Shown piece after piece: positions 11,831 through 23,800 of a DNA stretch of 64,000 nt. Source of the DNA: Raillietiella orientalis (taxonomy: Eukaryota); assembly GCA_036172245.1 (NCBI GenBank), contig JAYWIR010000006.1, forward strand, positions 4,712,001-4,776,000, in the 5' to 3' direction. The notes under the pieces were generated by a model. It was not told the DNA's origin. It saw only the letters and a program-made list of their open reading frames with translations, and did no database searches. The translations under genes and the position numbers were made by a program. Within the stretch, counting starts at the first letter, position 1. Each line of letters opens with the position of its first letter.

Positions 11831-14800
11831 CTGAAAAAGACAGAGATGCGGTCGCGAGCAGAATCACCAGCCAATACAATGCTCGCAGTTTTCAGGAATG
11901 TAGATGATGTCGTACAGCTTGCCGCTACCTCCGAGAGGTGTAGACACCTTCTCCGTTCTACCATTTGCCTTGTGAGATCGGAACACGGACTTCCTGTGGG
12001 CCGTTAGACAGGTTTCTCGCAGGGGCGCGTGACCCCCACTTACTCGATCCAGTCGGTGTAGTAGATGAAGTCTCCGGACACTGTCACGCCGAACGGGTAC
12101 TTGATGTTGTCAGCAACGACGCGTCTCTCGTCGCCGTAGATCTTCTTGCATTCTGCGGGGCGAGGCGGAGGAGTCAAAGGCAGCCGGTTGCCGCGGGATC
12201 GCGAAGGCGTGTTAAAGTACCTATCTTGTGACTCCCGGCGTCGGCCCAGCAGAGATCTTCTGCGTAGATGTCCACCGTCAGCCCGTTGGGTAGCGCCACG
12301 TCAGAGACGAATATCCTCCTTTCTCTTCCCATCAGATCGGAAACCTCGATCCTCGGGTTCAGGCGGTCCCAGTCGGTCCAGAAGAGCTTGCTGGAAGCGC
12401 AGCAAGCGAATCAAGGGCAGCTGGGGGTCCTACAGCGGAATCGGCCACCCAATCCGAGGTCGAGGGAGGGAAGTCCGCCACCAGGTTCCGTTACGTGCCA
12501 ATCGGCGAAAGGCAGCCGAAGAACGGAAAGCAACTGACCTTTTTCTTTCCTTTTCTTTTTCGCTCGGACGAACGTATCTTCCCTCAAGAGCATTCGCAGC
12601 GTTCGAAGCAAGAAAACGCGATCGGCAACAGCTGCAGGAGCATCCGACCGAACGGCTAACAACTGACCCGGCACGTCACTGCCTCAAGCTACTTGGCCAA
12701 TCCCCAAGTCGGTCAGGTGATTCCTAACAGAAACCACGAAGCCTCCACGGATTGCTTGAGAGCTCCTTCCGCATCCGAAGGAGTCACCCGACCGAACTTT
12801 GTGATTCAGCCACGAGGCGTCAGCAGGCAGTGCTGCGAATTCAAGGTTTCGGGAAGAATCGAAGGCTGACGTGGAGGACTGCCGTCGGAAATTTCCTCCC
12901 TTTCTTATCAGTTTCCCTCTTCCACCATCCGTCCATTCATCCGACTCCCATCCACCCATCATGTACCTTCCTCTTTGGAAGACGACTATCCCTCTGGGGT
13001 TGACCAGGTTGTCCTTCACAATGACCTTTCGGTGCCTCGTCTTCAGGTTGACCACCTCAATGGTGTCCTTGAACGAATCGGTCCAATACAGGTTGTGCGA
13101 TGCCCAGTCGACGGTCAACCCTTCCGGAGATTGGATGTCTGCAGAGGGGTGGGCGGTGAGACGGACTCCCCGGGTTCCCGCTCACCGTCGCTAAGCAACA
13201 CTTCTCGGTCTTTCCCGTCGTACGAGGAGGACACGATCGCGCGGTTGTTGATGTCCGTCCAGTAGATCCTCCCGTCTTGGCAGTCAGCGTCGATTCCTAG
13301 GGAGAAACTGCCCGCGCGCCAGTGGTCTCTTCCACTGACCTATGGCTATCTGCGAGAAATCCGTGGAAATGACCTTCCCAAAATTGTAGAGGGACGGCTC
13401 CTTGTTGATCTCGATGATCGACATCCCGTAAGTGGTCAGCAGCAGGTCGCCGGTTTGCTGCGAGATCGCTGCCGTGGGAACGGTCACGTAGCGGCGATCG
13501 CGTCACCCATACGTACGTTGGCAGGTGTACCCGTCGCCCCGGAAACCGGCGTGGCACCTGCAGATGCCTCCCATCCCGTGAAATCCCGGGATGCAGCGAG
13601 CGTTCCTGTCGCAGACTTGGGCATCGCTTCCGCAGCTCGCCGGCTGGCATTCGTGGCCATTTCCCTGGTAACCCTGATGGGACCAGGACGTAAGGACGAG
13701 AGCAGAAGGGTGAGGGTCGCAGGAGGGAAGGAGGGGTGACAATGATGACTGCCGAAAGCTCCTTCACAGCTTCTTTTGGAAGCCAAACGACGCCGTCCTG
13801 CTAGGGGCGCAGAGGAGGGGGCCAGACAAGGCGCCCGTGGTCATCCGACCACATGGTCTCGTGGCTCCAGGTCGCTCTTTATAACCCCCGGCCTCCGCCT
13901 GCCTCCCTATTACCCCTCCTCTGCCTCCCGAGGACGCCGGCGCTTCCGGGGCATAGCAGCCGCGAGGGCCCCTGGAAAAGCGCAGCTACCGCAAGCTCCC
14001 CAGAGCCAGGAAGACGATCGCCCTGTCCGTTGGCTCACCTCCGTCCCCTCGGGACCCCCACGACGTCGGAGGTTCGCAATCTTCCTCCTGGGCACCCACG
14101 TCCCCGCTCTCGAGCGAGGTCACACCGTGCAGAGGCGCGGGAGAAGCGGCCCCTCCGGTCTGCAGGTCTCTTCCTCGCGCTCAGCTCTCAGGGAACCGGA
14201 TCGTGCCGAAAGGCCCTTCCCTGACCCCAGCTGCAGAACAGCGCCCCCCCTCCTCCTCCACTCCTTCCATTCGCTCTCGCCCCTCCCGTTTTTCCTCGTC
14301 ATCCTAAGGTGCCTTCCTCCAGTGAGGAAGGGAGGGAGGGAGAAATGAGAGCATCTCTCCCCTCCCTTGGAGACGCCTCGTGATCGCAGGAAGCTTCAGC
14401 GGAGCGCGCCTGTTAGAAACGGACGCTCCATCGCTTCTGCTGCCCACGAGGGGAAGCGGAATCGGGCGGAGGAAGGGAGTGGAACCAGCATCGAAAGAAG
14501 GGCCGGCGTAGTAGGGTAAGGGTGGTAGCAGGAGAAGAGAAAACAAAGCAGAAGAAAAAGGCAGGCAGTTGAAGTAGGAGAAGCGGAAGGGAGGGACTGT
14601 GAGGAATGGAGTCGTAGCGAGACTAGTAACGGTAGGGGGAGGAAAGCTGCAAGACGAAGAAAGTAGCAGTATTTAGGCAGAAGGTAGCAGTAGGAGAAGG
14701 AGCAGGAGGCAGAAGGGAGGAGGAAGAGGGGAGGTGAAGGAAGAAGGAAGGAGGAGGAAAAGAGGGCAGAGGAAGGGAGGAGGAAGTGGAAGAGAAGGGA

Positions 14801-17800
14801 ATGAGGGGGAGGCGAAAGGGAAGTGGAAGAGTAAAGAGAAGGAGGAAAAGGAAGAAGAAAAAGAAGAGGAGGGGGAAGGGAGGAGGGTGTGACTGCGTAA
14901 CAGCAGCTAGCCCAACGGGGTTGGAAGGTCCAGCTTGTGATTCGATTCTCCCCGACTGAACTCTCGATCGATTCGTTCCTCATTCTCTCTCCTCACTCCT
15001 CCTTTGGAAACGGTCCAAGACGGAAACAGCGCAGGCGCGGAAAGGCATCAAAGGCAGAGCAAGCCGTGCGGCCCATGCCTGAAAGGAGAAAAGGGACCGA
15101 CCCTCAGTGGGGACAGGGAACATCGTGAGCGTGCAGCTCAAGGGGAGGCAGAAAGAAACGCAGTTCTCAATGAGCGTGGGCGCGCCCTCCCCACTGTTCG
15201 CAGGTGGCAGTCGGTCCCCGTAGGCGTGCACCTTCCCCTAAGAAGCCGAAAGTTCCGCCAAGCATCCACGAAAAGGGCGCCGAGGACCAAGCAACGCCAA
15301 GTAACTCAGTCCAGGGAACGCCACGCCCACGAGCTCCAGGGCGAAGCGCGTTGTCGGGCGCTCGACTTTCTCCTGCCGTGCAGGGCGCGCGGCCGGCAGA
15401 TTGGCTCGCCAAGAGGAGGGGAAACGGCCAGGGTTCTGCTCTGCTCTCGGGCGGGCGATAGGGGGTTGCCGCCACCCCTGTGATGTCAGTCGGGAAAGGT
15501 GCGAGGACGACGCGAGGAGATCGACGCCCCCGGACGTTTGTTTTGCCGTCGCAGACTCCGCGCGAGCTGCCAGGTCGCCCGGGACAAGCGTCGGATCTCG
15601 CGGATCTCGCTGGGAAGCGGGCAGCAGGATCGTCGTCGTCGTCATTATCATTATCAACAACAACATGATCGTCATCGCTATCATCATCGTCGTCGTCGGC
15701 ATAATCACCACCACCACCACCACCACCATCATCATCACCACCAACAAGAACAACAACGACAAGATCGTCGTCGTCGTCATCATCATCACCACCACTTCCA
15801 CCATCATCGTCGTCGTCATCGTCATCAGCGCACGTCGCAGCCTCTTCGGCAACAACAGGCGACGAGAGGGGTGTCAGATGGGCGGCTGCGAGGAAACAGC
15901 GGCAGCCCGCCTCCACCACCGGAGAGGTGCAGCCAGGACCAAGGGAGGTACCGTTGCAGCGGCCGCGGGGTGCTTTCCTGCGTGCGGCCACCGGAGTTCC
16001 GCCCGAGGTCTGGGCGGCAGCGCTGGTTCCACCGCCGGCCGCCACCTCCTTTCCTGAGCGGGCATCTCCTTTCTCACTGCGCCGCCGCTCAGAGACGGGT
16101 GGGAGCGGACCGCTTGCCGGGAGGAGGAAGCTCGCAGAGTTCGGGTCAGAGGTCAGAGGGGAAGCGCAGGAGGAGTAGTTGAGTCAAAGTTGCGATCGAT
16201 CGCCTCCTGGGCACGAAGGGCCCCCGGGAGTTTCCTTTGGCTCACCTTCTGACAGACGCACCGGTAGCTTTGGAACTCCTCTTCCAGGACGCACTCGGCC
16301 CAGGGGGAGCAGTTGCTAAGCACCCGGCAGTCTCCTCCCAGAGGAGAGCAGGACCGGCCGTCGCCAGTGTACCCGACCACACACTGGCAGCTGAAGTGGG
16401 CGTCGCCTTCGTGGTAGGTGCACCGGGCCATCGGGTGGCAGTCCTCCTGGGCGAGGCATGTCTCCTCTGGGAGGTCACAGCCCCGAGGTGGGTCATTTCG
16501 CGGCTCCTTCCCCTTCCTCCCTCCCCTTCCCTCGTGCTCTCGTACTTATCCTCTCGCAGTGCCTCCCATCTCCTCGGAAACCGGCTTCGCAGACGCAAAC
16601 CCCGTGGTGGGTCCCGTTGCCGTGGACGCAGGCGGCGTTGCTTCCGCAGTCGCTGCTTTCGCCGCACTCGCCTGGAAAGATGGCGTCGCGCCGCTGTCGA
16701 CAAAGGGGCAGAGGGCGCAGAGGGCCTCCTCACCGGGGCCGCGGCAGACGTGGCCGTTCCCTTCGTACCCCGGTTCGCACACGCACCTCCCCACGTCGTG
16801 GTCCTGGACGACGCAGAAGGAGTGAGGGCCGCACGGGGAGTCGCAGTTCGCGTCTGAGAAAAGAGAAGTCATCGCCCCAGAGTGTCCTCGGAAGCCGCCG
16901 CTTCGCTTCCTCTTGCCCTCCTCCTCTTCCTCCTCCTCCTCCGAGGTGGAGGAGAGGACGGCCAGCAGAGGAAAGGGGCGGAAAATGGCGAGCGAGGACT
17001 TGCCTTTTTGCTGGTGCAAGGAGACCATCTGGATGACCGGGTCGCACAGCGCCGTGAGCGCGTTTTTTTCGAAGCCGTCCGGGCAGGGAACGGAGGCGTT
17101 CATCTGATAGTACTCGTTGTCTGAAAGAAAAGAGGGAGGCTGCGTCACAGGGTTTCCCGTGCACTCCCCGCGTTCTCTCGGAACGAAGAGAGAGAAGAAG
17201 GAGCGAGGAGGAGGAAGAAAAATTTCTTCTTTCGAAAAGGAAACTCCTTTGGAGATGGCTCTGGTGGCGCGCGAGGAGGAGCGAATGCGGCGGCACTCGC
17301 GCGCCTCCAGAGCCTAGCGACGAGGGCGCACACCTCCCTGCCCTGCCCCGCCTCGCTCGGGCGCGCGCGCGGCGCGGCACTCCCAACGAGCGGCACACCT
17401 GAAACACGGCGCGTCCATCCAGTGAGCGAGGCGCCCGCGTGCCGCGAGGCGAAAAGACGGCGTGGGCCTGGGAGCGTGAGACCCAGCAGCAGCCGGTAGG
17501 ACGCGGCGAGGCCGCTGAGTCATCATCATCTGTGGAAAAAGCAGGCGCCCGAGCGACACGTGGACCGGTGAATCGGCGACAGCAATCCCAGCCGTTTGCA
17601 GACCAACGAAGGCCTCTCAGATGAATGAGCTTCCATAGAAGAGGAGAAAAAAAGAGGGAAAAGGCGATACAGTGGCCGTCGGCCGCGTTGCTGGGCTTTC
17701 GTAGACACGGGGCACACACCACGAGGCATTTCGACGATGAGTGCGGAAGTCATTCGGGGGCGCGATCGTGGATCGAGAGATCCCCCTCTCCTCCCCCGCC

Positions 17801-20800
17801 AGCAGGTTACGTGGTACGCTCCGTGGAGACGAGAGCAGACACGTGGGAACACAACACTTGGGTGACGTCTGCGCGCACCGCTCGCTTGCCCTCCGCGTTG
17901 CCTGTGCGTGAGCGATAAAGAAGCAAGGATGTCGTGACAACGCTGGAACGCATCCTCGCCTTTTAGGGATGGTGCATGCTGGAGGCCGCTCGTTATCTCG
18001 CACTCCACTTGCGGGGCGGAGTCGGAAGGTCGAGAAAGACAGATGAAGAGGGGAGGGGGAGGAAGAACTGGTCCCAAGTGCTCCAACAGCGACGGATGCT
18101 TAGTAAGAAAAAGAGTTTACCGCTCCGCAGGAGCGGGATGGAAGAGCAAAAATCAAGCGGATGGTTAACGAACAAGGAAGGCAGCGCGCAAGAAGCTCTG
18201 CATCTCGTCACGTGACGAGATGACTTGACGTAAGAGCACCGTCGAGAATTCGTTCTTGCTGATCGTTGGTTTTTGGAACCAGACACCAGAGAAAGCACGG
18301 ATCCCCGGCCACTCTGATAGTTTTTCTAATTGGAGGGAGGGCAAAAGGAAGTGGGGAACTCTTTCTGGATAGGGGCATTCTCAGCAGCAGATCCGAATGT
18401 CCGATCTTTCGAGCTGAAGCGAAGCTGCTGGGGCTGCTGGAGAAAAGCAGGCGCCCGCACAGCAGATGCCAGTGCTCCCGCGAGAACAACTCTTCGAAGT
18501 TTCCGAACCAAGGAAGACCTCTCAGATGACACGTTCCCATAGAAAAATGGCCGTCAGACGCATTGTAGGGCTTTCTTAAACACGGGACGCACTGAGAGGC
18601 AAGAGAAGATCTAGGAGCAGTCGAGATTTCAAGGAACTTCTGCAAGCAAATACTCACGCAGGCGCAGTTCCTTTCCTTCTGATCCTCCTCCTATTGCACG
18701 CTCACTGCTGCTTCTACGACCACCTCCCCAACTTTCTCGACGGAAGAAAGCAGGAGGAGGAAGAGGAGAGAGGGAAAAGAGAGACGGGGACGAAAAGGAA
18801 GAGAAAAGGAGGAGCAGAAGAGAAGGAGAAGAGGAGGAGAAAGAGGAGGAAGAGGAAGAGAGGCGGAAAGGGAAGAGAAAAGGATGAGGAAAAAGGGACG
18901 AAAAGGCGGAAGGGAGTAGAATAAGCAGAAGGAAGGGACTAGGAGGAATAAAGTGGTTAGTAGAACTAGTAGGTAAAGGAAGATCATGGGAGAAGGGCAA
19001 CAGTAGCAAAAAGTTCATAGTAGTAGTAGGAATTTGATAGCACTAGTAGGCGCAGTAGCAAAAGGAAAGAAGCAGTAGAGGGGAGAGTTATAAGAGGAAG
19101 ACAACCGTCAGAGTAGTCATTAAGGGGAGGATGAGGGTAGCAGTAAGAGGAGGAGGAGGAAGGAATTCTTGCAAATCTCGCAATCCGTTGCAAGTCGGAT
19201 TGAGAGACTCTAGCGCGACCTACGACCTCTCTCTGTGCTTCTTGCACGAGTTCTCTTCGAGCGCAGACGACCGAGTCCAGAGGCGAAGAAGCGGGGTGGT
19301 GAAGGTGGAGTGGTCTGAGGTCGCATTACCTGGTTCGCAGACGTGGTGGTCTTCCCGGTAAACGAAGTACGGCGGGCAGACGCAGCCTCCCGTCTCGCAG
19401 TCGGGCTGTGGGTAGATGTCAACGCGCTCATCCGTCCCTGAAACGAGACGTCTTTGGCGAGCAGCAGTGCTGAGACGGAGGGTTCCTCTGCCGTCCGTGG
19501 GTGCCCCAAAGAAGGCGGATGCCTGGGACACCCGGAAGCTTAGACTGAACCTCGGGATTAGAAGATTCGATTAAGTGCGGGTAGGGGATGCGGTAGGGGC
19601 GGCTCAGAACTCGGGGTGATTTCGTAGGTGGGGGTGATTGCAGGTAGAGCTCATGGATTGTTTCGGATATCAGGGATGATTTCGGGATCGCGAAAAAAGT
19701 CCTGGAACGCGGGGAGAGTGTTCGGTTTTCCGGCGGGAGGAAGGTCTCGAAATCCGGGGAGGTCCCCCCCATAGGGAGGTGGCCGACTTTGAGGGCGGCT
19801 TTCGGGGATGGGGTGATTTTAGGAGGTGGACGCGAGGAGGAGTCGCGGCGGCTCCAAGAGACAGCTGTCCTTTCAGAGGCCGCCCTCAGGGTTTATGAAG
19901 CGAGGACTGCGTTCCCTGCAATCGCGGTTGCCAGCGGAGTCGCGGGAACCGGCAGTCGGCACGCTGCTCTTTCGAGGGTTTCCGCGCGGGGCTCCCCACG
20001 AGCGCTCCCGCGAGAGGGCAGCAGAGAGGAAACGAATGGGGTCGGAGCCGCATCGCTTCAAGAAACCGAGCGTCCACACAGCCCAAGGAAAGCAGGGGCC
20101 CCTGAAGATGGGTTTCTTCTGCCTGGGGATGGAGAATGGGTCTTTCTGGTCTGCGGCGATCCAGATCACCGTAGGCTCCCAGAAAACGCGTTTGGTCCGT
20201 TCGTCCGGAAGAAGAGAGGAGGAGGACGCATCCTTCCTGCTCCTAGGAGCGCGCAGCTGGGACATGAGAAAGGGAAGCATGGAGTCCCCGAGACGACAAC
20301 GACGAACCCCTGCGGGAACGGAGGGAAGGCAAGAGTACAGACCCAAAGCGCCTCCCCCCACATCGGAGGATGAAGTCTCGGCCCCCTCTTGAGCTCCTGG
20401 AGCTTCAGGCGAGCAGAGACCGGGGACTCCCATGGTCTCTGCCCGTACGAAGGTTCCTCAGAAGTCTCGATTTTGCCCAGAGGTCAGCACCAGCAGCCGC
20501 GACCAGAAGCAGTCGAGGAGGAAGGAGAAAACGCGCGCAAAGAGCTGCAGATCCTGCGGACGCTGGGAGCTGCAGACGCGGGCACCGTGAGCTCCCTCTT
20601 CGAAAGAGACCGAACCTTGCAAGAACGGAGGTCTCTCGGAGCACCCGCTTTCCGATCCGTTGCCCCTTCCGAAAGGCGCCTTTGCACACGACGGTGGTGC
20701 CTCTAGCAAAGGTCGGTCATGGACGCTGCCCGGGCAGAGCGATCTACGCCGCGGCGAAGGGGTGGGCGCTCGCCGCTGCGGGACAGCGCCATGAGGACTA

Positions 20801-23800
20801 ACCAACCGTCCACTGAAGCGAAGGTCAGCGGGTGCTTTTTCAGAATTGGACGGATCCGGGATGCGGCAAAGGGATGGGAACGAGGGCGCTAGGTTCGAAA
20901 TCCCGAAAAGTTATCAAAAATAAATGTACATATTTCTACATTAGTTAATGTACACATTGGCTGATAGTTGAAAAATCAATGTACATGAAGATTTTTTTTA
21001 ATAGATACTTATACGCTTATTTCATATTTCATATCTATATATAATAAACACATGTATTTATTTTTTTATAAGCTTGATAATATATATTAATATATACACT
21101 AATCTGTATACACATATGATTAACATCTATACTTCTTTTTCATGACCTTCATGATATATATTTATCTGTGTATCAATCCATCTATTATTCGATCTACTAA
21201 CCTATGTACAAACTGTCAATCTGTCTACTAACCTCTCTATTAATCAACATATAAATCAACGTATTAATCTATCTATTAATCGATATAGTAACCTATTTAC
21301 TAACCTAACTCAAGCTATACTGTAACCTATATCTGTAACCTATAGGTCTATCTGTCAACTCACCTCTCTATTATCCAACATATTAATCTATATTTCAAAT
21401 AATCTACTGACCAATATATAACCGTCATATCGATCTATTAATCGATGTACTTATCTATTTACTATCCTATGTATTAACATATGTATTAATCCATACATTA
21501 ATTTACCCATCAACCGACGTATTAATGTATCTATTAATTGATACTGACCTATGTATTAGCACATGTATTAATAAGTTTATAAGTCTATAAGTTTATCCAT
21601 TAACCGATAAATTAATCTATCTATTGAATAATCTATGTATTGACCTATCTATTGACCTGCCTTTTAATGCAGATGTTTCCAACGCCTGCATTCGTTTCCC
21701 ACCGTGGTTCGGGATTTCGGTCGGCAGTGGGGCTGGGGAAGTGTCTGGCTACGCCTCCGGGCGCCTTCCTCTCCGCGCGGCCGCGGCTGGTGGTGGCTAC
21801 CGGACAACGGCCGATGGGATCCGCGGTTTCGCAAGGACTCGCCCCTGTGAATCGACTCCAGGAGGATGGGTGGGTAGGACGTTGGAGAGAGACGTGGGGC
21901 AGCGGAGGAGTCGCAGGTGCGGGGATCCAGCGGCCGTGGGACGGGCGGCGCCTCTTGGCGTCCGTCTCGGAGGACGGACTGGCCGTGAGTCAGGCGGCTG
22001 GGGCCGGGGCAAGACCAGGTGGAGTCCCTCTGGGTGCGTGAGCGCTGGAGGAGGAAGAGGTCGGGTGACGAAGAGGAACGGGGTCGGGAGACGGAGGAGG
22101 GTGGGGTCGGTCCCCTTTAGTCGACGCACTCGCTGCCCCCGGGAGGCAGGGCGGCCCGGCGGAACGCCAGCGGCGGTACTCACGGATGGGGATGCGAGAG
22201 TTCTCCTTCGCGCAGTGCCGACCGTCGAAGAACCATCCCACGGGGCAGGTGCAGATGCCCGAGAGGCATTTGGGGATAGGCGCGTCCTGGGAGCTGCCGT
22301 CGCAGGGGTGCCCGTCGCCTAAGCCACCCTCCTCGCAGCGGCACACGTGGGCGCCGCTCTCTGGGCTGTAGACGCACTCCGCAGGAGGTGGGCAGCCGCC
22401 TTCGCAGGGATCTGAGACGGGGAGGTCATTCCCGCTGTGAAACGGGGGTCCCAACCGCGGTCTTCGTATCCCGGGTCATCGTCGCCAGGGTGGCAGATCT
22501 CGCCATTCCCGAAGAGACCCGGTGGACACCGGCACTCGTAGGACTGCGACTGGGCGTCGAACTCGCAGGAGGCGGCCGGGTCGCAGAAGGAGCAGACGAC
22601 TGGAAAGGGGGTCGGGAAGGGCGCCTCCTTCCTCCGCGGGTCGAGCTCACCTGGCTCCTCGCGGATACCTCCGGCGCTGCGTCCATCTGACCTCGAGCAA
22701 GACGTGCCGTTCCCGAAGTAGCCGGGTCTGCAGCGACAGCGGCGGTGACCCGGGAGGTCCTCCTCCAGGCATAAGGCGTTAGGGTCGCACAGCAGGCCTC
22801 CGCAGGTGGGGCCTCCCGCTTCTGGAAGGTTCGATGATCAGACCGAATGAGGGCCTCGCCGGTCGGCGGCTGACTGCGCGCGCGTTCCTGGAGACCTGTG
22901 GCGAGCGAGGGTGAGCAGACGAGGAGAGGGAGAAAGCGGGGGTGTGAAGGGAGGAAGAGAGGAGGAGGAAAGGAGAAGGTGGAAGGGAAGAGGAGGAGGA
23001 GACGCAGCGGACAGCACGCGACAGGCGATCGCTGTTACCGTCCAACGCGGAGATGGTCGCCTCTGTGGCATATCTCATCATCATCTCTCCCGGCTCGTAG
23101 GTGAGGGTCTTCGGATGGACGTCCACCCTCACCGCTCGAGGGTCGTCTCCACCCTCGCACGACTCGAACCGGATGCGCTGGGTGACGTCGTACACGTACT
23201 GGTTCCCGTCAAAGAAGCTCTTCCTGGACCTCGATTCCAGGACCCCTGCAAGGAGGAGGAGGCGGGAGCGGTTCGCTTGCAGTGGGCGCTTGGCTCCCTT
23301 CTCACCTTTGCCCGCGGCGACGAATTCCTCCGCAGTGGCTTCCGAGGATACCTTGGCATCCTTCTGGACGGCAGGCAAGGATCCGGAGATCCTCATGTTG
23401 AGCTCGTAGATGCCGAAGGCGTTGTCCAGTCCAAGGGACTCGATCTCCACGCGGACGGCGTCCCTCGTGTGGGGGAAGTTTACCTCCTGGGTGGAGTTAA
23501 ACCTGCCGCCTGAGGGCAAACGCCGCCTGCGCTTCGCCAACGCCTCCCGGGATGTCGCCCTCCTCACCCGTCAGGGTCAATCCATTCCGGGTTCCGGGAT
23601 CCATGCGGGCGAACGTCCAGCTCAGAGGCACCACAAGCGTCTTGAGGATGCGCAGGGAGGCCCCTATTTCCTGGGGTATCTTCCCGAAGGCGAAGTACAC
23701 CCTTCCTATGGACATGTCCACGAAGCCAAACAGGTCGCCCTTGATGGCAAGGCCATTGAGGTCACCTTCGAACTTCCCGAAGATGTTGAGGGTGAGATCT

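Noticed and set aside
20885..20910. tRNA gene (GGTTCGAAATCC resembles a B box)
   Set aside because: No cloverleaf; the motif is the inverted terminus of the AT-rich element and recurs reverse-complemented at 9571-9586.
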